Positions 12,437 through 26,100 of a stretch of DNA of 64,000 bases are shown one piece after another. This DNA comes from Phoronis australis. Taxonomy: Eukaryota > Animalia > Phoronida. The stretch lies in assembly GCA_002633005.1 (NCBI GenBank), contig NMRA01000636.1:1-64000 (forward strand), in the 5' to 3' direction. The notes beneath the pieces are model-generated. The model made no database searches. It had not been told where the DNA came from and saw only the letters and a list, made by a program, of their open reading frames with translations. The translations under genes were made by a program, and so were the position numbers. Numbering within the stretch: position 1 is the stretch's first letter; each line of letters begins with the position of its first letter.

Positions 12437-14196
12437 CTATCTGTAGTCCCGCTGTCCTGTTCTCCACACAGACCTGCCACGCTGCCTCCAGTCTGTGTCA
12501 TGATCGTCACGACGAGGCCTATATCGTCGGTCCTTCTCTGCACCATCCAGTGGTTGGTGTGGTTGATGGCGGTGCATGGGAAACTCCTCAAAGCCAGGTA
12601 GTTGGTGTGGTCGATGGCGGGACATGGGAAACTCTTCAGTGCCACGTGGATGTGGTGATCTATGATGGGACATGGGCAACTCCATAGAGCCAGGTGGATG
12701 TGGTGATCTATGGTGGGGCATGAGAAACTCCTCCGTGCCAGGAGGTGGAGGTGGGGGGCGCCTATAAGGTCTGCCTGGCAACCTTTCAGGGGGTGGAGAA
12801 TGTTGTTGATTCCACTTGCTACGGTTGTAATACTCAGGAGGTGGGCGGTCAGAGATAGGGTCTCTGAAGTCAATGTCATTGACTGCAGGGGCGTTCTTCT
12901 GTCGCATGTCCACATCTCCTACTGATGGAAATTGATGCAAACTAGAAGTGTCCGAGGGGGGCTTGAAGCCATGGACATATTTATCCTTGTCGACACCAGG
13001 TGGCAATGGAGGCACAGAGGGCAAAGGTGGTTTAAGAACAGCATCTACTTGTGTCATCCACTCCGGTTTGGGAGGACGGGGCAGGGAATGACCGGTGATC
13101 TCTCCCTGCTCCGAGGCCTCCGAAGCCAAGGATTTGGGTTCAGCGGATAAAGATTTGGACATCATGGCAGTCGTGACGTCAGTCCCTAGTATACTTTGAA
13201 CATTCTTCATGACATTTTTAATAAGACTTTGATCTTCCAAATTCTCACTGGCAGAGATTCCTGGTGGAAGAGGGGGAGGAGCCAACATCTCTCCCATACC
13301 CTTGGTGCCAAACAGCTTGTTAAACATGCTTGCAAAAGACTGCTCTTTCTGTGGTTCAGATGTTTCTGCTTTATTCTGACCAGACAACAAGTCCATGATA
13401 GGCAATGGTAGGTTGGCAAATTTCAGCGAATCACTCGACCCAGTCACAGATTCTAACTGCTGACTGTCTGTTGACTCCACTGTGCTGGGCTTTTCTTCCT
13501 CTTCATCAGAATCATAATTCAAAGATAGGTGTTTGAGCATTCCTGGTGGCAAGTTGACTTGATACGTTGGCTTTGCTACTGCCGGGGACAACGTACACTT
13601 GGACTCCAATCCAGTAACTGAAATGTCAGATTTATTGATATCATTGTTACCTGAATTTCCCTCAACACCCTTCTTGCTTTCCTTTTCACAAGCAAGTTCC
13701 AAATCTGTCTCAGGAGCTCCAACAGTTACATCACTGTAGATTGACTTCACAGTTATTTCTGACGACTGGCTTGTATGAGAAATTCCACTAACAAAACACG
13801 GCGTTTCTGTATCCATCTCTGGTCTAACTACTGATGTTTCACTATCAGCTGGTTTTGAAGACTTGAGTATTCCTTTCATAGCCGATGTCACAACTGGTGT
13901 AGTCCCTCTGACAGGAGCTTCAACTTTACTTGCATCCTTACTTTCTTGCGTTGTAGGTAACGATGTTTTGGTCTTATCACCTTTATCAATGGGAGCTGAA
14001 ATTTGTTCACTTCGCTTTGGTGCTGCTGGCTCTGTTTCACGAATGTGCTGCGACGCCATCTGTTTAGCGGCCAGCCGCTGTTTTTGCATCTCCACCTGGC
14101 GCGTGAGCTCCAACAATAGCTGCTGTTTGCTGGCCAGGTCAGGAGTGGTTGCCAGCGTAGCTAACATGGCTGCTGTCGTCTCAGCTTGGCTCTTTC
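12437..14196 (-). CDS. DIDO1: DIDO1-like terminal coding exon (coiled-coil segment, Ser/Pro-rich region, His/Pro repeats, Arg/Asp tail)
   Basis: 600-aa ORF in track; ttgtattttag acceptor at 14198-14197, phase 1; TAG stop at 12439-12437. Confidence 0.85.
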
Positions 14197-17100
14197 CTAA
14201 AATACAACAAAATTGAGTGTGAGCTCTCAGAAACACCATTTATGTACTGGCAAAGGCAAGACAAATGACTAACGCCATGAATTGTACCATGGCAAAATCA
14301 CTCCTGTTGCTACTTTGTTTTATTCGACACCACAAAGTGTGGCAGATGGACACTTTTCTAGTCTTATCACAGAACTCTAGCCTTGGAATGCCAACTTTGA
14401 TCTCGCCCTGCTGAGGTTGCACCGTGCAAGCGTGGCATTTGTTTGCATTCGTTTGTTACGGGATTGGTTATTCCTATGGAACTTACTGACAAGAAAATGT
14501 TTCGAAACTCTGCTGTTTTTCAACCAAGATGAATGAGGGTCATATCAGAAAGCCCATCATCAGTTCTTCATGGTGTATGATTATAGCAGAAGCAACCAAA
14601 AAATTTAATAAAAAATAATCATCATTTCGCATACCTGACAGGTTTAAAAATATTTTTTTAATTCTCTAATTTTAAAAAAACAAGAGTGTTACCAAAATGT
14701 GAAAAAGATATCTACCCTGTCAAGACAAAGATTTTAGAATATAAGTCCCTCACACTTGATTTGAAGAATTTAGCTAGGCATTCATTTAAAATTATACATC
14801 TTTGTATATAAATTGTACCTTTGCTGCCCATTGATACAAAAAATGCAGGATGCAGTGATATTCATTAAAAAAGTGATCAACTAATTATTCCTACTATCCG
14901 AACTTTTCAGAAAAAGGCTTTCTGATACACAAAGAAGAGCAACGCACAACGTTGAAATGCGCCCACAAATGCATCGCTAACTGTGTGCTTCTGGGGGTAT
15001 ATATCATCTGTATCATAAAAATGGCCACTTGATGGCACAAAATACATCGAATTCATCCGAAAACGGTAACATGCCATCGCTTCTTTAATAGAAAGCTATT
15101 TACCAAATTTCATAAAAATCTGTCAAGGAACTGATTCAGAAGAGAAGCAAAGGAAAACGAAATTCCTACTAGGGGGCACAGTGTTTGTCAGATCCGCTTG
15201 AAAGTCATCCTCGTCCGTTGTCAACTTCATATAAATACACTTGCTAAATTTAAGATCCTGTAGTAGGTTAAGGAGATACAGCTACGAGCGCAAAAAACTG
15301 GTAGGAAGGAGGTGCCACAGCAGTCAAAGTCGTCGGAAAACCATCATCAACCATGCTCTTCAGACTAAGAACATGTGTGCCAATTTTCACAATCATCCAT
15401 AGAATAGTTTGGTTGATAGAGGGGCAGATTCGCAAACAGCAAAAATGGCCATTAGGCGGTGCAAAATATCTCAATCTCATCTAAAAACGAGAGGATAGTG
15501 TCATCTCACCAATAGATGCCTATACTCCAATTTTATGAAAATCCATTGAGATCCTTTGAAGACAAAGAGGTAAACATAAAAAACTAAAATACCCACTAGG
15601 GGACACACCGGTATTCAAATCTGTCCGAAAGTCTCCGTCCTCCATTGTCATATTCATATACCGTACTCGTCCGGGTTACGGCCCATGCTCGGCTTACCGC
15701 CCATCCCCGAAAATTTCAATTTTTCTTTTTTAAGCGTGCATACAATTTTATCTGTGCTTCTGTGAACGTTCGTGGCACAAAATTAAGATTCCAAAAGGTG
15801 CGCAACTCGCTTACCTTTCTGTGACAATCAATCAGTTTTAGCACAACCGCGATTTTGCCTTACTATGGCGGTAAAATACCCGTATTCTCATGCCCTTTAC
15901 TGAAGGAGACACAATTGTTTCCTTAGGCTCACGCCTGTAACTCGTGTTGGCATGTACATATACTGATCACTGAGACGGCGCTTATCGAATGTATTTCATT
16001 TGCTGTAGAAGAACCAACGAAGCAATACTTCACAGGGATATCACGTTCGTGGCACGCTTACCTGTAGGAATACCTAAGTTCTAAGAGATGACCAGCAGCG
16101 ACCGAGGTACGTAAAAACCCAGTGTGTGTGCAGTTCGTCGAAGTTCGTTACTTCAATCCCGCGACCTATATTTTAACTGATATGCTTGAAGTCTGACTTC
16201 AGTGTAGCTCCGTCATGGTAAAATCGGTCCTCAGAGCAGCAAGCAACAACTCCTGACTTTTTAAAAATTTCGATTTTAACCACCCATGCTCGGCTTACCG
16301 CCCACCCCGTTTTTCAAGATTCCTAATTTAAGCGCCCAGGGCGGTAACGTGGACGAGTACGGTATATACACTTGCTAACTGCAACAATCCTGCATAATGG
16401 TAACGAGATACCGCCATGGGCGCAAAAAACACAAAAAAACTGCCACTAGGAGGCACCACATTAGTCGAAGTTGTCCCAAAATCATCGTCATTTGTCCCCT
16501 TCATATTGAATAAATACACGCCAATTGTCACAATCATTCTTCAAGTGGTTTGGTTGATAGAGGGGCAGATGCCAAAAACACACTCGAAACAGTAAAGTGG
16601 CCACTAGGTGGTACAAAATGCCTTGAATCTATCCGAAAACAAAAGGATAGCGTCAACTCATTAATAGATGCCTGTGCCAAATTTCATGAAAATCAGTTGA
16701 GAACCTTTGAAGATACAGAGGCAAACGTAAAACTAAAATTGCCACTAGGGGGCACAGCAGTATTCGGATCAGTCTGAAACATGTCGCCCTCTGTCGCCAA
16801 CCCCATAAGAACACACCTGCCAAATTTAATTAAGATCCTGCAAGAGGTAGAGGGGATACTGCCACGGACGCCGGACGCCCAGACAGAGATGACCGCAATA
16901 TGCACCCACACATAAATATGTGGGCACATAAAAATGAGCATCTATTGTGAAGGTTTAAAATTTACTCTGGTTAGATCATTACATAAGACAATGTAGGACT
17001 TTCCATAGTGAATACACACATTTCTTCAGAAAGTAAAAATTAGTGTTCTGATAAATACAGTGTTTGTTACTATAAACAAGAGATATTGGAATACATTTTC

Positions 17101-20100
17101 ACCATTGTTATGTTACTAAAGAAAGTGGACTCTGGAAAATAACAATATTTATGACAAAGAAACAAATGAATTTTGATGATGCGGCGGTAAAAATTCAAAA
17201 AGTGAGACAGGCCAAGAATGAGACAATAGGGCCATCACGGATTACACCATGACACTCAAAACTCGCTGCATTTACCCAAAATGCCGTAAACAACTGTCAG
17301 GCACATTTGCTGCCTCGTTTTTGTGCCACTGAGTTTCACATGTTATTCGTTGTTGTCTGATTCGTTACAAGTATTTCTCGATTGCATTACTGTATTCATC
17401 ATTCTAATGCCAATGAAGTATTACCGCTGTGCTGTGGGCTGCAACTCCAACATGAAAAAGTTTGATAAACTGGACAAATACCCACTGATGTGTGATCTGA
17501 AATTCTTCGACTTCCCGATATCAATGGGAGAAACAAAAACGTGTCCGATTTACAAAACTAGATCACACACATTCTTATCTCTGGGACAAAGGAGAGTTCT
17601 ATGGCTATGTAATATGGGACGGCCTTATTGGCAAGTGTTATGTACACTGTCAGCAACACAAAGTTTTGAACTGGATTTTTTACAAGGTAAACTTTTCATT
17701 TTTTAAATTTTATTTCACGGGTACAGGTAGATACTACAGATATTCATTGCTCAGTAATAGAATTAACAAAAAAGTATCTGGACAACAGATAAACATTGCA
17801 CAAATGAATTATTATAGAAACAACTGAATACATTAAAGGAGAAGGCAACCTTTTTTAGTAAAAATACGGTTCATTTATTCTCCCAATCATATGTTTCAGT
17901 TAATTACAGTTTCCCCTAATTTTATTAATTAGTCGTGTCCTACTCCAAAAGAGACGTTTAAGGGGTTAAATATTTCCCATTTTGTTTCTGCGTTTGCGTT
18001 TACTGTGAGTATCTCCTCTACTGTTGTTTCCTAACTTTGTCGTCACCACTTCCCATTCACGAGTATTCTACAACAAGCTAGGTCGTTAGAGAACTCAATT
18101 ACGCTGGATTTAGAGATTGTTTAGTTTAAAATAACTTAAAAATGGCTGAAGTCGGCGACACAGTGACGTGATGACGAGGCATTTTTTTGCAAACAGTCAG
18201 TGGGTGGACATATGTTTGAGACTGAGTTTAGTGAGGCACAATACGCACGGACAGCTGTTGAGAGGTACGAGGCAGAGACCGAGGACGTCTTGGTCCAAAT
18301 GCACGGTGTGCACTGTAATGCCGACCTCAATGGAATGTCTATACTGTTCCCACTGGATGGTGACTTGAGCAGCACCCAAGCCGTTTACATCCCGTCGTGT
18401 GACTCCCTTGCTACACACCTGGCACCTTCTAAGTAGCTCCAATACTTTAGTCACATCCACAATAAACTTATCAAGGTTTGGCTCACCAGCCTATTCACTG
18501 GACGACGAACTGTCCTCCTCACTGGGTGTCGAAATGGGCCTGTATTCACTCCCACTACTCGAAATCTCTGCAGGGCTGCTTACAGGCTCTGGGATGCAGA
18601 CAACAAAAACGCAGGGCGAATCACTACTAGCTCCTGGCATTGCATGCTCTGGGGATATGTTCAGAGGTACGGGTGACATTAGATGAAGGGCTCCAGTTAC
18701 TGTAGAGGCCACAGCTCGCTTCAAAAAATGCAGTGCTCGGGGGTGGCGATGGGGCATTGGCAAGAATCAATAATGTTGTTTTGCAGGAACCAATCATTAA
18801 TTCCACGTACATATCTCTTTTGTAATCCGACGACAGAAACTTCTTGCCACACACTCAGTAATTCTCCGTTGCATGGACCGGTAACGCTGCGTACTTCACA
18901 CGAAAGAGCCAAGTAAGGTGGAGTGTGTCATATTTTGGAAAGCGATGTAATGGTATACCTAAAGTGCGCGTGAGACGATAATGAGTACATCCCGGTACGC
19001 AGTGAATGTGCAGCGTGTTGACTGACTCGTAAACAAACGCAAATGACGACTAGAATTATGACAACCGAGGTAAAACAACGACAGACTCGACAGCTCACAC
19101 AGTCAGACTATATGAAAACAAAGCGGCAGGAAATTCTTAATCCTCTAAACGTCCAGAGTAAGAAACAATTCATTAATAAAATTACGGGAAGCAGTTATTA
19201 ACTGAAAAATATGTCTGGGATAATCGATGAACCATATTTTTTTACTAAAAATGACATGAAGAAAGGTTGCCTTCTCCTTTAATAATTGATGCAAACACAA
19301 ACACATATACTTAGCTATGCAAATACAAGTAGTTTTTTGAAAGTCACGTAAACACACTTGCTAGTAGGCACTTCTCATTTACGATTGCAGAACGAACACT
19401 CAGACACCAAGTCACTTCTTCCCGTAAAATATAGTAACATGATTTTAACAACCAAAAACGTCTCATTGAAAAACTCCTAGCATGTAGTGTGATAGGTTGT
19501 TGAAAGTGGTTCTGAGACTGTAGATGAAAAGACATAATAGGCCACAACTCAGTCGAGCAGACAGTCGAAAATTCACAGTGCAAATCTCACGCCTAATCTC
19601 CTGGTCGCAAGCTCTAATAATGGCACACAATGGTCATGTGCAGAAGTTGGGAGTCCAGGGCTAGAGTTCTAGGGTCTTGTCAATAGCAAGTACCCTTTGT
19701 GGCAGTTTGCAGGAAAGTAAATTTCTTCAACTAGGGCAACAGCAATCACTTTGTACTACAAGTCTCCCACCGAAAATACAAATTTGAGTTCTCAGAAACA
19801 TGCGACTTACATTTACTTGAGACATTTTACACCAGAATGCAAAATACTATCAAAAATAATTTTCATCTTTCATAAAGAGCTTAAACTTATATTGAGCCCT
19901 ACACCGGCAACTTAACCATTCACAGAGTTAGTTACTTACCTGGTATTGTCCTACTTAATACTTAATTTTATCTTAGATGACGTCATCAGACAACAGCAAA
20001 AATCAATTTTTCTTTCATTTTTTTTTTAAATTTCTGATGATAACGTACATGTCGAATTGTGCTTGATACAATGGCCTCTAGACTGTCCAATGTCAATGTT

Positions 20101-23100
20101 TAAAATGACTAAAATTCAAAACAGTTCTGATTCAGGAACTAAATTTGATGAGGGATGTACCTGGACGGGGTAATGTACTTCAACTGAAACCCTTTGCCAA
20201 CCATTGACACATGCTATTACATAACTAACTTTCACCAAGATCAAGATGCTTATTTTCAGTCTCCAAAAATGCAACAATGATCGAGCCCAGAAATCACCTC
20301 TAAACAGTGTAAAGAACAAGTAACAACAACTAAATCAAAACTTGTTTTTTGACAGTAAGCACAGGTTTGATGCCACGTTTAACTAAATTTGACCTACCTT
20401 TCGATATTTCACACATCAATCCACTAACCAGAGGCTGAGGAAGAGGCTGTTGGGAATTGTTGGGCTCCACAGGGTCCTCTGAAGGGTCTGCAGGGTCATA
20501 AGGTATGTCGCCATCATCCTCATCATCACTGGGTGAATACGGACTGGCACCTGTGTGAAAAGCGGGGCCAGTAAGAAAAAATAACATGCAGTACTAGTGA
20601 TGATACGTTTCTCTAACCTTGATGATCAAGTACACTATCATTAGAAATAGTAATGCTTTGGATTCCTGACATTCAATAAAGAATAAAATGTATTTCAAGA
20701 TTGCATTGTGCTGTAATAAATTACAATTATAGCTTGATAGTGATTATTAAACTCATAAGATATCTGCAAAATTTGTCAAGCGATCTCCTACTGCGTCACA
20801 AGAAGCCAACAATATGTCAGCTAGTACTGGTTGAATGTAACACTGGGTTCTTTCATATTGAATCGGTTCTTAAAAACGTTCCCATAAACTTCGTCAATTG
20901 GGTCTATGTTTTGCATCTCAATCCTTGCTGTTCAATAGCAAAGTTGTACCACACACACATATCATGCATACCGACACAAAATGATCTCTGGTTCATCCAC
21001 AATGCTGGCGTGCAATGCACAATCAAATGAGTCAATCATGAGCAAATGCGGAAACAAATCGTACTTATTTAAGGGTTGCATCCGTGTTAAAAGACAAAAT
21101 TGCAAGGTCCAAACCAATCTGAACAAGAATATGGTCTAAATTCTTGTTTTTACTTATAATTGCTATATTCTTAACATTAAATGAATTGTAGGTCGCTATA
21201 CAAAGTTTTTTACATATGTTGTGCCGTGATGTTGTAACAACATTGTTGTAATGGAGAATAGAAACGGCGCCATTTTCGTTCGTTACACATCTGTGACGTG
21301 GTGTAGGGGAACACAAGGGAAACGTGTGTGCCGACAACATCCGACATTGGCATTCTTATAATTCTCTACAACTTGAGATGAGAATTGATGGTTCCCGGCT
21401 GGAAGAATGAGTTTGTGACAATCCTGAAAATTATGTAAATTCCATAGTTGCAAGCTTTTGCAACTCAGTCGACATCTTTCTAGAAATATTAGTTTTTGTC
21501 AACAGACCTAACACTCCCTTCCAAGTAAATGGAAAACGCACGTGGATGTTTTGGTTACTCTTAGACTACCTAATTTGTATTCATTGGAGGGATATTGTGC
21601 AATTTTTACAAGAATTCTGGTAGTGCAGAAGCTTAAGGTTGTACCAACTTCAGAACATCGAATTCAGACAAAAATGTGGGCTGGGGTATTGACCATACGA
21701 ATGCTGTGCACAACATTGGACTGAGAGAAAACTAAGACTTGGCTGCCAAGACATAAAATTGCGACTGGCTTTACAAAGTAACATCACTTGGCCTGTCTGG
21801 GAAAAGTTTACTTTATCTTAGACTTTTTGGACTTCGTTGACATAGCCATCACAAGTACTGAGTAAAATATTTCCTCATTCTGTATCAAACACGTCTGTAG
21901 AAGTGTAGACTTCCATTTCAAAGTCGTCGACTAAACAAATGGGTTATGTGATATGTTTGTAAATAAGTCCATCATTTAAAAATAAAGAAGTTGAACAAAC
22001 CATTACTTGTTTGCAATACTGTGCATTACTGTTGAAGTGCGTGGGTAAAAATAAGGTGCACACTAGCCTACGGAGAACGTTGACTGCCGTGCAGTTCTGG
22101 CATGTTTGTTGCAGTTTTTACGCGTGCGACCTCTTTAGATTTTCAGATGTGGAGAACACTGAAGAACACATCTGTAAATTTCCATAATGATCCTTTGAGT
22201 GGTATGGCAGACAGAGAGGCAGACACGAGAAAATGGACACAAAAATGGGCGCAAGGTGGCATAAAATCTGTCGAAACCGACTGAAAATGGAATGACATCA
22301 TGGACTCATAATTAAAAACCTATTTGCCAAATTTCATGAAAATCCATCAAAATCTATAAAGCTACAGAAACAAACGCAACAAAACTGAAATTGTGAAATT
22401 GCCACTAAGGGGCACAGCAGTATTTAGATCCGTAAGCAACACGTTGTCATCTGTCGTCACCACATAGAAGCACACCTGGCAAATTTCAATAACATCCTGC
22501 TAGGGGTTTAGAAGATACAACTGCAGATGCCAGACGCACAGACAGATATGACAATAATATGTACCCACACATAAATATGTTGGTGCATAAAAATTATTTA
22601 AAAAAATTCAAAAATCTCACCAGGTCCAGGTTCCACCTCCAGTTTACTTGGATCAGCCCCTGCGTACTCCTTAACTATTGGGTCCACTGAAAGGTTGGTA
22701 GAAGTTGCAGCCTTCATGTCACCTGACGACTTTTTCACAGTCACATCTGTTGGATCATAGGCTTCAATGAGGTGCGCATCTTTTGGAACGTCTGACAGCA
22801 ATTTGGGGGGCGAATTAGGCGGAGTAAAGGATGGCTCATCAGAATCAATTGATGATGATCCATGATGAGTGACGTGTGCAGGCACGATAGAGTCGCTATG
22901 GCGATGACGTTTTACTGGGTGTGCACCCTTGTCATGGTGATGGTGACTGGGCTCACTAGGATGACGTTTCATTTTCTGCCGCACAATTATTCCCATCAGC
23001 ATGTGTGGTCTGATGTCCTCCAGTCCTGAAAAAAGCACGCATCAATAATGCCTAGTTCTGCACTGCACACATAATTTCGTATATGTGGGCACATATGTAT

Positions 23101-26100
23101 ATGTGGACACATAAAATAAGAGTTTTATAGTTTTGCTGAATTTCAGCCATGTTGCTTTGCTAACCCCAACATTCGATTTATATGACAGTGATCAAACAGT
23201 CAAGAGCAATACCTGGTCTAGCACAGAAGCAACAACTAAAATATGAACACAGCTAAAGTTAGTCATCACTTTCCAGAATATGCATAACTTTGCAGATTAC
23301 AAACCTGGTCCATCAAATGGTAGTAGCACTGGATGTATAGGGGCATGAGAGGATAGAGGAACTATGTACATGTCTTTGACATGCTTTGAGAAGGGCTTCA
23401 CCACCCCACAACGCTCACGTGTGCCAAGGTAACGGTAATATTGCACGTACGATGTCTTCTCCTCATCAGTAGAAGCGTTGAACCCAATAACAATGATGTC
23501 CTGAAATGTATTGCTCACTTATCATTTAAGACTCAAACCTTATTTAGTGACCTTCATTCTCACTCAGATATCAAAAAAGCCAGGCAATGACAACTAGTAA
23601 CAAGAGCAACGCGGAGTGTTAAAATGCTCCCACGAATGCACCGCAAACGATATGCCTCTAGAGTTGTTCATTTCTGTCATAAAAATGGCCACTAGATGGC
23701 GCAACACATCCAATGCATCAGAAAACGGAACATGTCATCGCTTCTTTAAGAGAAAGCTACTTATCAAATTTCATAAAAATCTGTCACGGAACTTCAGAGA
23801 AACAAAGGAAAACGAAGAAAAATGAAATCGCCATTAGGGGACAGAGCGTCCTCCTCAATGTCATCATCTATTGTAACCTTCATATAAATACACTTACTTA
23901 ATTTAATAACGATCCTGCAGTGGATTTAGGAGATACAGCTATGGCCGCAAAACGAAACAAAACTACCACCAAAAGGTACCACAGTAACCAAAGTTGTCAG
24001 TGTAATCGCCCCATTCACACTGAGAACATATATGCCAATTTTCAAAATCCTCCTTAGAATGGTTTGGTTGATAGAGGGGTGGATGCCAAAAACCAGACTC
24101 GAAAACAGTAAAAAATGGCAACTAGGTGGCGCAAAATACCTTGAATCCACCCGAAAATGGGAGGATAGTGTCACCCTAACAAAACATGCCCATATTCCAA
24201 ATTTCATGAAACTCCGTTGAGGTAAACATAATTGCCACTAGGGGAGACACTAGTGGTTAGATCCGTGTGAAAGACGTCATCGTTCATTGTCAAAATCATA
24301 TTAATACACTTGCTAAATGAAGGAAAGATCCTGCAAAGTGTTTAGGAGATACAGCCAAGGGCGGAAAAAAACTGCCACTAAGAGGGGAAGTCATCGCAAA
24401 ATCATGGTCAGCCATCCTCTTCATAGTAAAAAAATACATGCCAATCATCCTTAGAGCGTTTTGGTTGATAGAGGGGTGGACACCAAAAAAACGATTCAAA
24501 AACCGTAAAAATGGCCACTAGGTGGCGCAAAATACCTCGAATCCATCCGAAAACAGGAAGATAGTGCCATCTTAACAATAGATGCCTATATTGCAACTTT
24601 TATGAAAATACGTTGAAGACCATTGAAGATACAAACCTAAAAAATTAAAATTGCCACTAGGGGGAACACCAGTAGTTTGATCCATGCGAAAGTCATTGCT
24701 GTCCGTTTTGAGCATTATATAAATACACTTGCTAAGTTTAGTAAAGATCCTACAAACAGTTCAGGAGATACAGCCATGGGCGCAAAAAAAACTGCCACTA
24801 GGAGGCGCCACAGTAGTCAAAGTCGTCGGAAAAGTATCATCAGCCATCCTCTTCATAATCAGAACATACATGCCGATTTTCATAATCATCCTTGGAGCAG
24901 TTTGGTTGATAGAGGGGTGGATGCCAAAAAACAAAATTCAAAAACAGTAAAAATGGCCACTAGGTGGCGCAAACTGTATCGAATCCATCCGAAAACGAGA
25001 GGATAGTTTCATCTCACTAATATATGCCTATTCTCCAAATTTTATCAAAATACATCGAGGACTTCTGAAAATAAAGTGGTAAGCGTAAAAAACTAAAATT
25101 GCAACTAGGGGGCACACCAGTAGTCGGAGACGTCCGAAATTCGTCGTCGTTTCTCGTCAGGGCCATAGGAACACAACCGCTAAATCTCATCAATATCCTG
25201 TGAGGGGTTTAGGAGATGCAGCTGCAAACGCTGGAAAGACAGAGGTGACGGCAATATGCGACCACATATATGTGGGTGCATAAAAACGTATTATCTGAAA
25301 GAGAAAAGATCAGAGTTTATAAAAAAACTGATTTATATTTGCCATTAGCGAAATATCCCGTTGATAGTATTCATTGAAAACCTTTTTAAATAATAACTTC
25401 ACAATTTACCTAAAAACAGCATAGTTAGAAATTTTTGATAACTCATTTAGTTTTGTTTCTACGCCAAATTAACTCGCAAAACCCAAGGTATTTTTGAAAA
25501 AAAAGTCGTATTCATCTATCTTGCAAAAACTATGCGTTTAAAAGGAAAATCCTAACAACGTTCTTGAGACTGATGAATAAATATGACGAAAAAATGGTAT
25601 GACATGATCCTCCAGTAGATGCTGCTTAACTAAAATGTGAGAATCAGAGAATGGACACTTGTAATATTTCAAATATTTTAGATGCACAGGTGAGCATTAT
25701 CTACTTCTTCATTTGATATGTAGAAGCAGTTACTAAACGCTACGCAATCTACTGAAATATTTGTCAAATTCGTCTCTCAATCAGCGAACAGCAAGCTGAC
25801 GTTTTTGGCTGCATTATATGGTAACTGCCAGAAAATGCCTCATTTATTCAAATTTGACTTAGTTTGAAATTGTGAGGATGGAGTCGCATATAAACAGAAA
25901 ATACCAACTTTGCAATAATATGGTTGCAGTATTCCCATGGCACGCCATCTGTCCAAAAACATAAAACATGTTTACCAGGAAAATACTCGAGCATGCAATC
26001 AAATTACTTCACTTGTAAATATCAACATGATTTGTGAATGTTTAGAAACTAAGTTATAGCTAATAATAAAATAAAACTAGGTCCCCAACTGGGCGACAGA

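Larger units (their letters stand above)
17837..19278. mobile_element. Kolobok DNA transposon, internally deleted
   Basis: TIR aggagaaggcaacc / ggttgccttctcct, TTAA TSD on both sides; THAP/transposase N-terminus on minus strand, Cys-rich accessory gene remnant on plus strand. Confidence 0.85.

Noticed and set aside
12391-14216. Overlapping and antisense ORFs over the terminal exon (also 30059-30618 and within the Academ ORF)
   Set aside because: Shadow frames of real coding sequence with no independent motifs.
19940-19950. Possible 11-nt micro-exon (ag/GACAATACCAG/gtaagt, minus strand)
   Set aside because: No pyrimidine tract, and 11 nt cannot connect either upstream donor phase to the phase-1 terminal exon.
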